Part shown: positions 9,792 to 20,623 of the stretch, piece by piece
Numbering within the stretch: the first letter of the stretch is position 1
How the letters are laid out: each line of letters starts with the position of its first letter
Source of the DNA: an uncultured Acidobacteriota bacterium
GTDB lineage: Bacteria > Acidobacteriota > JAQAZP01
Length of the DNA stretch: 64,000 nucleotides
Reading direction: 5' to 3'
Assembly (NCBI GenBank): GCA_963836075.1
Contig: CAWIIB010000001.1
Span: 1,984,001 to 2,048,000 of the forward strand
Notes under the pieces: generated by a model
Told to the model about the DNA's origin: nothing
Seen by the model: only the letters and a program-made list of their open reading frames with translations
The model's database searches: none
Program-made: the position numbers and the translations under genes

Positions 9792-12080
9792 ATGAAGCAA
9801 ATGATGCAGATGGTCAGCACCGGCACCGCCACAGCCGTCATCCTCGCCCTCCTCCTCTGCCAGGGCTGCGCAGAGGAGCCCCCGGTCAGGCTGGTCCCGG
9901 AAGTCGACCTGCTTGATCTGGCTCCGCCGTGCCGTGGGCCCGACGGGTATCAGCCGCCGGCGGTGGAGCGCCAGGCCTGGAGTTTTTTCGAAGGCCTGCC
10001 CGATGGCTGGACCGCCGGCCCCGAGGGCGTGCGGGTTGTCGCTACGGAGAACGGCGTCCGGCTGGAATGCGAGGGCGCCGAGCCCTGGCTCGAGCTGCAC
10101 CAGGAAATCGATCCGCTGCTCTACGACCGTCTGGTGCTCACCCTGAAGCCGCTGGCCGGCGGGAGCGTGGGGCTGCAATACGCGTTTTATCAACCGGGGA
10201 ACTACCGGCCCTACGGTGTGATACTGAAGATGCTCCAGCAGGCGGGCGAGACCCAGCGCTGCTCCTTTAATATTCCCACCCCCGACTCCTCGGAATCTGT
10301 CGTGCATTCCACAAGGCTGGGCCTCGGCGGCAGCGGCACGGTGCTGGTTCGCCAGGCGGCCCTGGTGCCGCGGCCTAAAGGGTTTATCCGGGGCAGGATC
10401 CTCCCCAAAGAACAGATCTCCCTCTCTCAGGAGTTCAAGCGCTGCTGGCGATTTTCCGGTGGCGACCAACGGAACGTCACCTTCACCGTGCCCGATAACA
10501 AGGACGCTGTGCTGAGGTTTGCCGCCGGCACTCTGATCGGCGCCCGGGCCGCCCGTTGCACCGTCGAGCTGGTCGGCGACAGCCCGAAGGAACTCTTCTC
10601 GGTAACCATGCCCCGCCCCGGAACTGGCTGGCACGACGAGCGCGTTGACCTCGGACGCTGGGCTGGCCGTCGGATCACCCTGAACTTCCGGCTGGAATCG
10701 GAAGAAGCGGAGTCGATCCACCTCATCGGCGCCCCCACGGTCTTCGCCGCCGAGGAGGAATCGCGACCCAACGTCATACTGATCCTGGTGGATACCCTTC
10801 GCGCCGACCACCTCTCCGGCTACGGGCACCACCGGAACACCACGCCCCACCTGGACCGGCTGTCCCGCAACAGCATGCTCTTCACCGCGGCGGCGGCCCC
10901 GGCTTCCTGGACCATCCCCTCGGTGGCGGCCACGCTCACCGGCCACTACCCCGGCTCGAACAACATCGGTCACGGCCGGGCCGCCGGTGTCCCGGCCGGT
11001 ACGCCCACCCTGGCCAGCATTCTCGGTGAAAACGGGTATTCCACCGCCGGGTTTGCAGCCAATGCCCTCCTCGACAACGCCCGCGGTTTTCACCACGGGT
11101 TCAGGCACTACTTTTTCGCGCCACATACCGACAACCAGTTCACCGCGGAGGAGCTGAACCACCGGGCGCTGGACTGGATCGATGACCATGGCGACGAGCG
11201 GTTCTTCTGTTTCCTCCACTACATGGACCCGCACAACCCCTACGACCCGCCCCCCTTTTTACCTGACCCCCTCGATCCCGACGCTCCCACCGCATGGGAG
11301 GGCGGCCATGTTCGCGCCCTGATTGCCGGCGACGTCACCGTGGACCGGCCCGAGGACCTGGAGAGGATCAACCGCTTCTACGACGAGGAAGTTCGCTACG
11401 TGGACCGTCAGATCGGCCTGCTGCTGGCCCGTTTGCGGCAGCTTGGCCTGCTGGAGGATACGGTGGTGCTGATCAGTGCCGACCATGGGGAGGAACTGCA
11501 CGACCGGGGCAATTGGGGCCATGGCTTCACCCTCTACCAGGAACTGATCCGGGTGCCGCTGATCCTCCGGCTGCCCGCGGGAATGAACCACGTGCCGGGG
11601 CTGGTGTCCACGCCGGTGTCGCTGGTGGACGTCCTGCCCACCATCGCCGGCCTGGTTGGCATCTCCCCCCCCGGTGACGGCCGGCCGGGGCACAGTCTGC
11701 TGGAGCCGGTGGAAGAACGGTTCCTGCGCAGCGGCATCTGGGGCAAGCGGGCACCCGACCTCTACTCGGTGAGCCGCGGTCCACGGAAATACATCTATCT
11801 CAACGGCCTGCCGGGCCGAGGGCGCGCTGCCAGGAACCGTCAGCGGCTGGCAACCGTCCTCGAGGCACCGGGGGCGGAGATGTTCTTCGACCTGGGGACC
11901 GATCCCGGTGAACGGCGCAACCTGGACGGCGAAACAGTGGAGGATGAGGCGGCGCTGCGCGAAGAAATGGCGCACTGGCTGGCCGAGATGGGTGCGGCCC
12001 CTTCACTGGAGGAGAAGGAACAGGCTACAATCGACCGTGAGCTGGAAGAGAAGCTCCGGGCCATGGGCTACATGAAGTAA
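9792..12080 (+). CDS. Exported sulfatase-like (alkaline phosphatase superfamily) protein, Thr at nucleophile site
   Basis: PNVILILVDTLRADH, SWTIPS, HYMDPH, ADHGE, GHG, C-terminal LRAMGY. Confidence 0.85.
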   Translation: MKQMMQMVSTGTATAVILALLLCQGCAEEPPVRLVPEVDLLDLAPPCRGPDGYQPPAVERQAWSFFEGLPDGWTAGPEGVRVVATENGVRLECEGAEPWLELHQEIDPLLYDRLVLTLKPLAGGSVGLQYAFYQPGNYRPYGVILKMLQQAGETQRCSFNIPTPDSSESVVHSTRLGLGGSGTVLVRQAALVPRPKGFIRGRILPKEQISLSQEFKRCWRFSGGDQRNVTFTVPDNKDAVLRFAAGTLIGARAARCTVELVGDSPKELFSVTMPRPGTGWHDERVDLGRWAGRRITLNFRLESEEAESIHLIGAPTVFAAEEESRPNVILILVDTLRADHLSGYGHHRNTTPHLDRLSRNSMLFTAAAAPASWTIPSVAATLTGHYPGSNNIGHGRAAGVPAGTPTLASILGENGYSTAGFAANALLDNARGFHHGFRHYFFAPHTDNQFTAEELNHRALDWIDDHGDERFFCFLHYMDPHNPYDPPPFLPDPLDPDAPTAWEGGHVRALIAGDVTVDRPEDLERINRFYDEEVRYVDRQIGLLLARLRQLGLLEDTVVLISADHGEELHDRGNWGHGFTLYQELIRVPLILRLPAGMNHVPGLVSTPVSLVDVLPTIAGLVGISPPGDGRPGHSLLEPVEERFLRSGIWGKRAPDLYSVSRGPRKYIYLNGLPGRGRAARNRQRLATVLEAPGAEMFFDLGTDPGERRNLDGETVEDEAALREEMAHWLAEMGAAPSLEEKEQATIDRELEEKLRAMGYMK

Positions 12081-12141
12081 CGACGATGCTGGCCACTGCC
12101 GCTGCGCACTCCGCGCCGGAGCCCCATACCCAGGGAGTTTG

Positions 12142-14337
12142 ATGTCGACTTTCTCCAGAACCGTGATGCTGTTCATCCTGCTTGCTCTCTGGGGCACTCC
12201 GCTGGCCGCCCTGGAGGGACGGCTGATCGGCGTCGACGGCGCACCGCTGGCCGGCGCCCGGATCTCGGTGGAGGGACGGCCCGGTTCAACTGTCTCGGGC
12301 CACGACGGCTCCTTCACCCTCACCCCCGACCCCGTTCCGCCTTTCGTCCTGCTGGTTACCCGGCCGGACGGCGTGGCCCTGGCCCCGTTCCCGGTGCTGG
12401 ACATTCCCGGCGGAGAGCTGCTGGAAGTGCGGCTGGCCGGTGTGCTGCGACAGACGGTGACCGTGATCAGCGGCTCGGTGCCCGACCTGGAACTTCCGCC
12501 GGCCGCGGCCTCCACCGTGATCGGCCGCCGCGACCTGGAGCAGCGGGTGCCGGCAACCCTGGGCCAGGTGCTGGAGGCCATCCCGGGGAGTGAAGAGAGC
12601 GGCGGCGGCCTGGCCGCGGTTCCCTCCCTGCGCGGGTTGTCCATGTCGCGAACCCTGCTGATGCTTGACGAAGGCCGGATCACCGCCGAGCGCCGCGCCG
12701 GCCCCTCGGCCACCTTCCTCGACCCGGACACCGTGGAGGAGGTGGAGGTGATCCGCGGGCCCGGCTCAGTGGCCTACGGCTCCGACGCCTTTGGCGGGAT
12801 CATCCGTGCCCGCTCGCGGATGCCCTCACCGGGGGATGGTCTCGCCGTACGGTACGGTCTCACCGGCGGCCTGGGGGTGGGCGAGGTGGGAGCGATGGCC
12901 GAGGTGAGCGGCGATGCGCTGGGCGGAGCCCTGCTGGCCGGAATCCAGGCCCGGGCCTACGACGACTACCGCAGCCCCGAAGGCGTGGTGCAAAACTCAT
13001 CGGCCACGCGCCGCGGGTTCCGTCTGGCCTGGCAGCGTTTCCTCTTCAACGGCGTACTGCGCGTCGGCTGGCGCACCGACCAAGGGCGGGATATCGGCAA
13101 GCCGGACACCGACTGGCCGGAAAAGCGGACCACCTACCCCGAAGAGGACTCGCACCGCCTGGGCGTCTCCTTCGAGACGCCCGGCCCGGGCAACTGGTCA
13201 CGGGTGACGGTGAGCGCCGCCTGGGACCAGTACCGGCTGGTGCTGGAAAAGGAACGCTTTGCCAGCGGCGAAGAAGGCCGCAGCCTCAGCGGCTCCGATA
13301 CCGACGCCAGCGACTACGAACTGCGGCTGGAGGCCGAGCGGCCCCTGGGCCAGGCCACCCGGCTGATCGTCGGCCTTCACGGCTACGGCCGCTACGGTCT
13401 CGAGGCGGAGAGCCGCGCCGAGGTCTACGACCTGGACGGCGGACTCCTGGAGAGCGTTGCCGAAACCAGCATCGCCGACGCCCGGCGGGACGACATCGGG
13501 GCCTTCGCCGGCCTGGGCACCCAGCTGGGCCAGCGGCTGAAGATCAACGCCGGCCTGCGTCTCGACCTGGTGCGGTCGGAGAACCGCGGCGGGTATTTCG
13601 GTGACCGGAGCACCGACGACACCGCGGTCTCCGGTTTCCTCTCCGCCGGCCTCACCCTGCTGCCCGACCTGGAGCTCACCGCACAGGCCGCCCGGGGGTT
13701 CCGTGACGCCCTGCTCTCGGACCGCTACTACACCGGCCCCAGCGGCCGGGGCACGGTGATCGGCAACCCGGACCTCCAGCCGGAGACCAGCCGGCAGTAT
13801 GACCTGGCCCTGCGCTTCAACCGCGGCCCGCTGCGGCTGGCCGCCTTTGGCTACCTCTACCGGATCCGCAACCTCATCGAACGCTACGGCGAGGACGATG
13901 TCTATTTCTTCCGCAACCGCGGCCAGGCCGAGATCACCGGCCTGGAGCTGGAGGGGACCTGGACGATCTCGGAACAGCTGCTGGTCCAGCTGGGGGCGCA
14001 GCTCCAGCGCGGCGAAGCGCTGGACGACGGGGCGCCCCTGGACAGCATTCCCGCACAGGGCGTCTTTCTCACCCTGCGCGGCGACAGCGCCTCCGGCTGG
14101 TGGTGGATGACGAGGGCCCGGGCCTATGCCCGGGACGACCGGCCCGGCCCCACCGAGAAGGTGGTCCCTGGCCATGCGCTGTTCGATGCCGGGCTGGGCC
14201 GGGATTTCAGCGACCACCTGCGGCTGCAGCTGCTGGCCGGCAACCTGCTGGACCAGACCTATTCCGCCTCGGCCGACGAAAAGTCGATGCCCGCCGCCGG
14301 CCGCTCGCTGCAGCTGATGCTCCGCGGGACATTCTGA
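12142..14337 (+). CDS. TonB-dependent receptor
   Basis: Signal peptide, plug motifs SLRG and EVIRGPGSVAYGSDAFGGII, GNPDLQPE, NLLDQTY, C-terminal Phe. Confidence 0.93.
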   Translation: MSTFSRTVMLFILLALWGTPLAALEGRLIGVDGAPLAGARISVEGRPGSTVSGHDGSFTLTPDPVPPFVLLVTRPDGVALAPFPVLDIPGGELLEVRLAGVLRQTVTVISGSVPDLELPPAAASTVIGRRDLEQRVPATLGQVLEAIPGSEESGGGLAAVPSLRGLSMSRTLLMLDEGRITAERRAGPSATFLDPDTVEEVEVIRGPGSVAYGSDAFGGIIRARSRMPSPGDGLAVRYGLTGGLGVGEVGAMAEVSGDALGGALLAGIQARAYDDYRSPEGVVQNSSATRRGFRLAWQRFLFNGVLRVGWRTDQGRDIGKPDTDWPEKRTTYPEEDSHRLGVSFETPGPGNWSRVTVSAAWDQYRLVLEKERFASGEEGRSLSGSDTDASDYELRLEAERPLGQATRLIVGLHGYGRYGLEAESRAEVYDLDGGLLESVAETSIADARRDDIGAFAGLGTQLGQRLKINAGLRLDLVRSENRGGYFGDRSTDDTAVSGFLSAGLTLLPDLELTAQAARGFRDALLSDRYYTGPSGRGTVIGNPDLQPETSRQYDLALRFNRGPLRLAAFGYLYRIRNLIERYGEDDVYFFRNRGQAEITGLELEGTWTISEQLLVQLGAQLQRGEALDDGAPLDSIPAQGVFLTLRGDSASGWWWMTRARAYARDDRPGPTEKVVPGHALFDAGLGRDFSDHLRLQLLAGNLLDQTYSASADEKSMPAAGRSLQLMLRGTF

Positions 14338-14346
14338 CATCCTTTA

Positions 14347-14413
14347 GGGACGTACATGAATATATGAATAAATCTGGTGCGCCGCTAACAATTCATATAT
14401 TCATGTACGTCCC
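14347..14413. repeat. Perfect 23-bp inverted repeat with 21-nt spacer between convergent genes
   Basis: GGGACGTACATGAATATATGAAT (14347-14369) / ATTCATATATTCATGTACGTCCC (14391-14413). Confidence 0.9.
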
Positions 14414-14419
14414 CGGGGG

Positions 14420-16963
14420 TTAGCTGATGTCGGCCAGTTGGGTGGTGGGGACCTTGAGGTCGAGGTCGAAGAGGAATTCGTGACGCACCCGCACGCGCCG
14501 CACCGGCGAGCTCATCTGGTTCAGGGAAGGATCGGCGGAGTTGATCTTCAGCAGGTAGTCGCCCGGGGCCACGTGGTCGATGCGGTAGAGGCCGAACTGG
14601 TCGGTGGTCACCACCGACACCAGGGAACCCGAAGTGCTGAGCAGCTCCACCCGAACCCCGGACTGGTTGTTGCCCATGGCATCTGTCACCCGGCCGGCCA
14701 GACCGTATTCCTGCCGCACTGTGAAATCGAGACGGGTCACCGCCCGGGGCAGCACCTTGGCGATCAGCGAACTGCGCTCCGGGACCAGCTCCATGGGCAG
14801 GTTCTCCAGGTCGAGGTCCACCACGTGCATCCCCGCCTTGAGGTTGCCCTTGTAGAAATTGCCCGACGGATCGGTGAGCACCCGGTAGAGATTGTCGATG
14901 ATCACCACCACCCCCTCCAGATCGAACTTCTGGCCCGGCTTCAGCCCCTTGACCAGGATCCGCCCGGCCACCGAACCGCGGTTGCGCAGGGCGGTCCCCC
15001 CTCGGCGGGGAGCATCCGGCCGCCGGCAAAGGTGAAGTCTGTACGCACATTGGCCACCAGGTAGGTGTCCTTGTACGTCTGATCAAGATTCCCGGTCATG
15101 GCCAGGGGCGGTATGCTCTGATATTCGGCGCTGGCAAAGACCCCGGGGAGGACCCGCATGCTTCCTCCAGCCGCGACACCAAAATCACCGTTGCTGTACA
15201 CCGGGCCGACGTGGAAGCTCGGGGCGGTGAACCGGTCACCGTTGCGGTTAAAGACCGCCGAGTAACGGGTCCGCTCAAAGTCATCCGCCTCGGCGGTCAA
15301 CGACATCCCGTATAGTGCGTTGAAGCGGCGGGTGTAGTCGAGGGTTGCCGTCTCGTGGATCACGCAGCTCAGCCGTGAAGCATGGTCAATGGTCCAGTTC
15401 CCGTCGAAGCGATACTTGCCGTCGTAGTCAGGCCGCAGACTGAACCGCAACCGGGGCATTGGCCCCCAACTGATGTAAGGCAGGATGAATTGCGTTTCAT
15501 TAAAGTTGAGCTGATAATAGCGGGCGCGCAGACCGAGCTCCAGCTTGTTGCTCAGCCGGTAGCTGGAGTCGAAATTATGATCAAAATAGTCAGTGCCACG
15601 CACAGTAGTGGAGTACCCCTGGGACATGTACATCGAACGACCATACATTCGCCACCGTTCTGTTCCCCCCTCGATGTCGAAAAGGTAGCCGTTCCCGCCG
15701 TTGGAAGCCGCACCAGACAGCGAGACCACAAAGCGATTGAATAGGCTGGTCACCAGGCCGGCCTGCCCCTGGACGACGCCGTCCAGAGTCTGTATTGCAC
15801 CCTCCAGGGTAAAGTTATCGGTGATTCCCTGCCGGTACTGATAAAAGGCGGTTGAGCCCTGACTGTTATCCAGGCTGGACTGCAGGATACCGTTGGTCAG
15901 GTTTCCGCCCATACCGGCGCCGCCCAGATGGGTCGCCGCACCGATGGGAAGCAATTCGCTGGAAACGGCCACCCGCAGCTCACGGACCTCCAACGGCACG
16001 CTGAGGTTGTGATGGTCGAAAATGTAGATTTCAACGAAGGCGAGGCGCAGGGAGGGCAGAACAACTTCGAGAAACTCGAACTCCCCGCTGAGCCCCACGA
16101 TGGTCTGACCCAGCACCACCCCGTCCACTCGGAGTTGAATAAAACTGCCCGGGTCGGCCCGGCCGCGGAAGGTGCGCACCGGTGATGTGTTGCGCGAAAA
16201 CATATTCCGTGAATCACCGAGATCCGCATAGAGGTCCATGCGCTGGTTGGTCCAGCCCAGCTGGGCGCCGGTGAAGTCGACACTGTTCAGCAGTGGGTGA
16301 ACCTGCAGCCACTGGCGGCCAGCCTGGAAAACGGTCTGGCCAAAAATTCTCTGCCAGTTGTATTCCCGCAGTTCGTGGTACCTTTCGAAATTTGTATCGT
16401 AGCGTGCCTGCCAGGTGCCGCCCACCGCGCGTCCATCGAGCCTAGTGGCACTGTGGTGCTGGGCAGAGCGATCGGTGCGGGTATAGTTGTATTCCTCACT
16501 GAATGTCGGAGACACCGAAGCCGCTTGGTTCGGCGTCGGGGGTCACCTGGACCTGCACCGGCCGAGGCTCACCCCAGCCGGGGCGCCAAGGCAGGTCGAG
16601 GTCCAGGGCGAATTCCACCGGGTCGAAGGTGACCGGTGTGTGCAGCCGCCGCTCCACCAGCTCCTGGCTGACATAGAGAGCACCATTGTACCAGCGGAGG
16701 TCCTGCTCGTAGAAAAAGACCGTGCCCAGCGGTGTGGCCACGTGGACCTGGGAACCAAACTTTTCCAGGGTGCAACCGGTGGCCCGGGCCAGCGGCTCCA
16801 GCGGCAGGTAGTACACACCATTCTCCTTCACCGCTTCCACGGTGTCCACTTCCCGGTGCTGGATCGACAGACCCACCACCAGGATCTCCTCGGCGGCGGC
16901 ACCGGGGATCAACACCGCCAGGCCAAGAAGCCAGATCGCGGCTTGGAGAACGCGGCTCTTCAT
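14420..16963 (-). pseudogene. Usher-like outer-membrane protein (~850 aa joined), split by frameshifts at ~16497 and ~15000; likely sequencing errors
   Basis: Three abutting ORFs: signal peptide MKSRVLQAAIW, amphipathic beta-strand core with YRQGITDNFTLEG, C-terminal CarboxypepD_reg-like domain; follows chaperone gene. Confidence 0.7.
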
Positions 16964-17020
16964 GCTGGTCACCACCCCTGGGGTGAGCAACGCTTGCGTC
17001 AGACGAAAACCAATCGATCG

Positions 17021-17932
17021 CTATTCCAACTCGGGGGAGCCGGAGGAAACGGCCTCCGCGGCAGAGACTGTAAAGGGCAGAGCCCGGTCAAAACTGTATT
17101 CACCCAAGTCAAAGTCGAGGTCGAGAATATAGTCCCCAGCGGGCAGCGGCTTGCCGGCCTGGAACCAGACCTGCCGGCATGCCCCGGCCAGCACCGGGAT
17201 CCCCGGCAGCTTTCCCGCATCGACCAACGCCTCGGGCAGCACTACATCGGCCGTGTCGAGGTTGAGGACGCGGTGCTCTGAGGAAAGACCAGGGTAGAGA
17301 GAGGCCGGCCAGACGGAGTAGTGGCCAAGGATCCTCACGTGGGCCGTTCCCTTACTGCTGATCTGCAAGCCGGCCTGCACCGGGTTGCTCCCCTGGGCCA
17401 GTTCCACCGAGTGCAGTTCGCCGATCCGTTTCACCTCGCCCACCGTGCCGTAAACCGCCACGCCGATCCGGAATTTAACCCGCATCTGTGCATCGCTTTC
17501 CTTAGGAAGCACTTGGTCGAGGTAGATCATCGCCCGGTGCTCCCCCAGTTCGGGCCGCACCCGAGGCCGAATGGAAAGACGAACGCTCTGGGATTTCCCC
17601 GGCTCGATGGTGAAGCGCAGGGGGTTGATCACGATCCACTGGTCCAGTGACTGCTCATTTGGGTCCAGCAGCCGGACCTGGTTCTGCTCGTCCAGATCCC
17701 AGGTGGCCAGACTGACCTGGACCTCAACCGGCTCCTTGCCGAAGTTCAGCACCCGCAGGGAGTGCAAGCTGGGGGTGGATCCGATCTCCATTTCCAGGAT
17801 GGACGGGCTCACCGCGACCATCGGCGGTGGGAGATTTTCCTGGGCCACGGCTCCCAACGGCATGAGCATCAGCAGGATGAGCCAGGCGCCCCAGTTCCGA
17901 ATGCACAACATCTTCATAGTTGGTCTCACCAT
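17021..17932 (-). CDS. PapD-like periplasmic pilus chaperone
   Basis: Signal peptide; VSPSILE, WIVINPLRFTIEPGKSQSVRL, GEHRAMIY, GTAHVR. Confidence 0.8.
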   Translation of the reverse strand: MVRPTMKMLCIRNWGAWLILLMLMPLGAVAQENLPPPMVAVSPSILEMEIGSTPSLHSLRVLNFGKEPVEVQVSLATWDLDEQNQVRLLDPNEQSLDQWIVINPLRFTIEPGKSQSVRLSIRPRVRPELGEHRAMIYLDQVLPKESDAQMRVKFRIGVAVYGTVGEVKRIGELHSVELAQGSNPVQAGLQISSKGTAHVRILGHYSVWPASLYPGLSSEHRVLNLDTADVVLPEALVDAGKLPGIPVLAGACRQVWFQAGKPLPAGDYILDLDFDLGEYSFDRALPFTVSAAEAVSSGSPELE

Positions 17933-17980
17933 TGATTTGCGGGTTGGACTGCTCGATCAGGAATAAAAAAACTTTATCCG

Positions 17981-18559
17981 CTAGAACTGGTTGACCACCA
18001 CGGTCAACGTTCCGGAATAGGTACCCGTGGAGCGGGCCGTATCCAGCCTGAGGTGCATCACCATCCCCCCCTCCACCACCATGGAGTGCTTTTCGCGGCC
18101 GATGATCCGGGGCGGGATGTCGTCGATAACCACCTTGATTTCCGAGTCGTTTTTTTCAAGACTGCCGAGGCAGGAAGAGCGGCCGTTGGCCCCCACCAGT
18201 TCGTAGCTCACGTCCAGGGCGAAAAGCATGGTTTCCACCGGTAAACGCATCCGCCACAGTTCGGGCACACTCCGTGACACAGTTGTGAGCAAATTCAACG
18301 AATTGAAAGACCCGCCGCCATGATGGAAATCGCCAACGGAGAGTGCCTGCTGATTGCGGCCACCTGTCAATTCAATGGCGGTCACCGGTTCCAGGTGGAC
18401 ACGGGGCTTGATGGTGAAAACTCCAGTGACCCCCCGGTGAACGGTATGCTGTTCCTTGTTGAACGTAGTCAGACTGCCCTTGGGCCCGGCAACCGCATCC
18501 ATGGACATCATCAGCATCAGGGTCGTTACAACCAGGATGACCGTCCAGATTGATCGCAC
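17981..18559 (-). CDS. Putative minor pilin subunit
   Basis: Signal-peptide-like start at GTG 18559; pilin-like C-terminus TGTYSGTLTVVVN. Confidence 0.6.
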   Translation of the reverse strand: MRSIWTVILVVTTLMLMMSMDAVAGPKGSLTTFNKEQHTVHRGVTGVFTIKPRVHLEPVTAIELTGGRNQQALSVGDFHHGGGSFNSLNLLTTVSRSVPELWRMRLPVETMLFALDVSYELVGANGRSSCLGSLEKNDSEIKVVIDDIPPRIIGREKHSMVVEGGMVMHLRLDTARSTGTYSGTLTVVVNQF

Positions 18560-18563
18560 AAGC

Positions 18564-18606
18564 AAAAAAACAGCGATCCGCACCGGCCGAAGCCGGTGCG
18601 GCGCTG
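18564..18606 (-). terminator. Intra-operon intrinsic terminator after major pilin
   Basis: CAGCG-CCGCACCGGC-TTCG-GCCGGTGCGG-AT-CGCTG-TTTTTTT on the minus strand. Confidence 0.75.
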
Positions 18607-18668
18607 CAGGAGAAGCCAAAACAACGCGAAGCGGGGACCGCCGGGGCACCCGCACTGCGAGGTGGCTG

Positions 18669-19262
18669 CTAGACAAGCGTTGCTGTAAGAGTGAATACAC
18701 CATCCTCATACTCACCAGCTGCCGTTGCATTTGTCAGGTCAAGCGTCAGTTGGACATCGCCTTCATGCGCATCGACCAGACCAGGTGAGGGGAATGTGAC
18801 TGTGGCTGCAGGTCCACCCCCGGCATCCACGGCGTGACCGGTGATGAGCATCGTCGCAGTACCACCGGTGTGGGTCAAAGTGGGTGTGTTTTGTGTGATC
18901 GCGATCTGGGACATATCTCCGGTGCCCCCAAGCGATCTCACGGCCCAGGCGTCCTCCAGCGTCAACACCACAGCACTGGGATCACCGGTCAGCGCCGTGG
19001 GAGAGATGTTGAGATTAAAATTCATCCCGCCAGACAGCGGACCGATAGCACCCTCATCCACAGCCGCCGTCCCTCCGGTAAGATAGGCACCCAGGGCACC
19101 GCTGGTGATCGTCACGTCCACTTCACTGAAGTAGTGGAGAATGACGATACCCTCCAGTGTAATGTCAATATTGGTGTCTCCGCTGGCCTGGGCTGCGACC
19201 GGCGCACTGTTCAGCGACAGGGCCACCAACGCAATGGTCAGAACAAACAGTAGTCTCTTCAT
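18669..19262 (-). CDS. Putative major pilin subunit
   Basis: GAGGAGGAG RBS; signal peptide MKRLLFVLTIALVALSLNSAPVAA; G/A/T-rich; C-terminus AGEYEDGVFTLTAT. Confidence 0.7.
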   Translation of the reverse strand: MKRLLFVLTIALVALSLNSAPVAAQASGDTNIDITLEGIVILHYFSEVDVTITSGALGAYLTGGTAAVDEGAIGPLSGGMNFNLNISPTALTGDPSAVVLTLEDAWAVRSLGGTGDMSQIAITQNTPTLTHTGGTATMLITGHAVDAGGGPAATVTFPSPGLVDAHEGDVQLTLDLTNATAAGEYEDGVFTLTATLV

Positions 19263-19628
19263 TGCTCCTCCTCGTGGGGTTGCGGCGATGGTTTCGTTTC
19301 CTTCTTGTTGTCCTATCGCCAAGTTCACGTTCCGGCATACGGGCACAAACATGAATCTGATCGGTATGTGTGGTTTAAAACATTAGAAAATTCAGGGACG
19401 AGTATCTGGATGAAACCGGGAAATGGAGAACCACCAAAGTTGCGCGAACCGCTAATGTTTACGGCTTTTTATGTCGAAAAAACGAGTGGCGATAGAACAA
19501 GCCGGCGGCTCCTGACCGAGTTCCAACACAACCGACCACCGCCGGAAAGATCACTGACAGGTTCAGGCAATCAATGAAGCGCAGATGAAACGAGGTTTGC
19601 GCGACTCAGGTCTGACAGGGGGCCCCTG

Positions 19629-20597
19629 ATGAAAGCATCCACCTTTTTAACGCTCATACTTCTCCTGGCCTCATCGGTGGGAACCGTCGCGGACGGGCTC
19701 ACCCCCGGCCAGACCCAGGAGCTGCTGCTGAGGGTTCCGATCCCCGACTGCCACCCCGGCGGGATTCTTTCCCAGCAACTGGTCACCGGCTGTGACACCA
19801 TCGAGGATCTCGACGTGGCGCTGGAGATCGACCACCACTGGACCGGCGACCTGGTGGTCACCCTGGAGAGCCCCGAGGGGACCCGGGTGACCCTGGTGGA
19901 CCGGCCCGGTTTTGACGGCTCGGGGTACGGCTGCCCATTTGCCGGACTGTCCGCCCTCCTCGATGACGAGGCGGCCACGGCATTGGAGGACCAGTGCATC
20001 GACGATAGCGGCGGAACCATCCCGGCCATCAGCGGTGTCCTGTCCCCCAGCGAACCGCTGGCCTCCTTTGACGGCGAGCTGGGATCCGGGGTCTGGACCC
20101 TGCGGGTCAGCGACTGGGCCGAGGAGAACACCGGAAAACTGATGAACTGGCAGCTGCAGTTCCAGTGCAGTTCACGCGACGTGGACCTCCAGCCGGAGCT
20201 GTCCGCCGACCGCACCTGGGCCAGTCCGGGGGACACGGTGATCTTCACCCTCCATCTGCTCAACGCCGGCAGCGAAGCGGCCAGCGGAGTGGAGGCTGTC
20301 TACGACCTGCCGGCCGGGTTCGACTGGCTGTGGGCCGAACCGGGGGCGCTGGCCGATGGTCAGTTGATCATCCAGCGCCACGGCAACCTCGAGCCGGGTG
20401 AAACGGCCGAGGCCCGGCTGGCGCTGACCGTCACCCCGGGCCAGTGGGGCGAACTGAAACTTTCAGCCCTCGTCCGGGCCGAGCAGACCGACAGCTACCC
20501 CTGGAACGACCAGGTGAGCGCCGGTATCCGCGTCGGCCCCGGGTCCGGCGGCCACACCGCATCTGACATTCAACAGCACGTGGAGATAAAACAATGA
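19629..20597 (+). CDS. Secreted proprotein-convertase P-domain + DUF11 protein
   Basis: IDHHWTGDLVVTLESPEGT, GVWTLRVSD...GKLMNWQL; DUF11-like PGDTVIFTLHLLN. Confidence 0.8.
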   Translation: MKASTFLTLILLLASSVGTVADGLTPGQTQELLLRVPIPDCHPGGILSQQLVTGCDTIEDLDVALEIDHHWTGDLVVTLESPEGTRVTLVDRPGFDGSGYGCPFAGLSALLDDEAATALEDQCIDDSGGTIPAISGVLSPSEPLASFDGELGSGVWTLRVSDWAEENTGKLMNWQLQFQCSSRDVDLQPELSADRTWASPGDTVIFTLHLLNAGSEAASGVEAVYDLPAGFDWLWAEPGALADGQLIIQRHGNLEPGETAEARLALTVTPGQWGELKLSALVRAEQTDSYPWNDQVSAGIRVGPGSGGHTASDIQQHVEIKQ

Positions 20598-20623
20598 CCG
20601 GGCAGCGGAGAATGGAGGAACCC

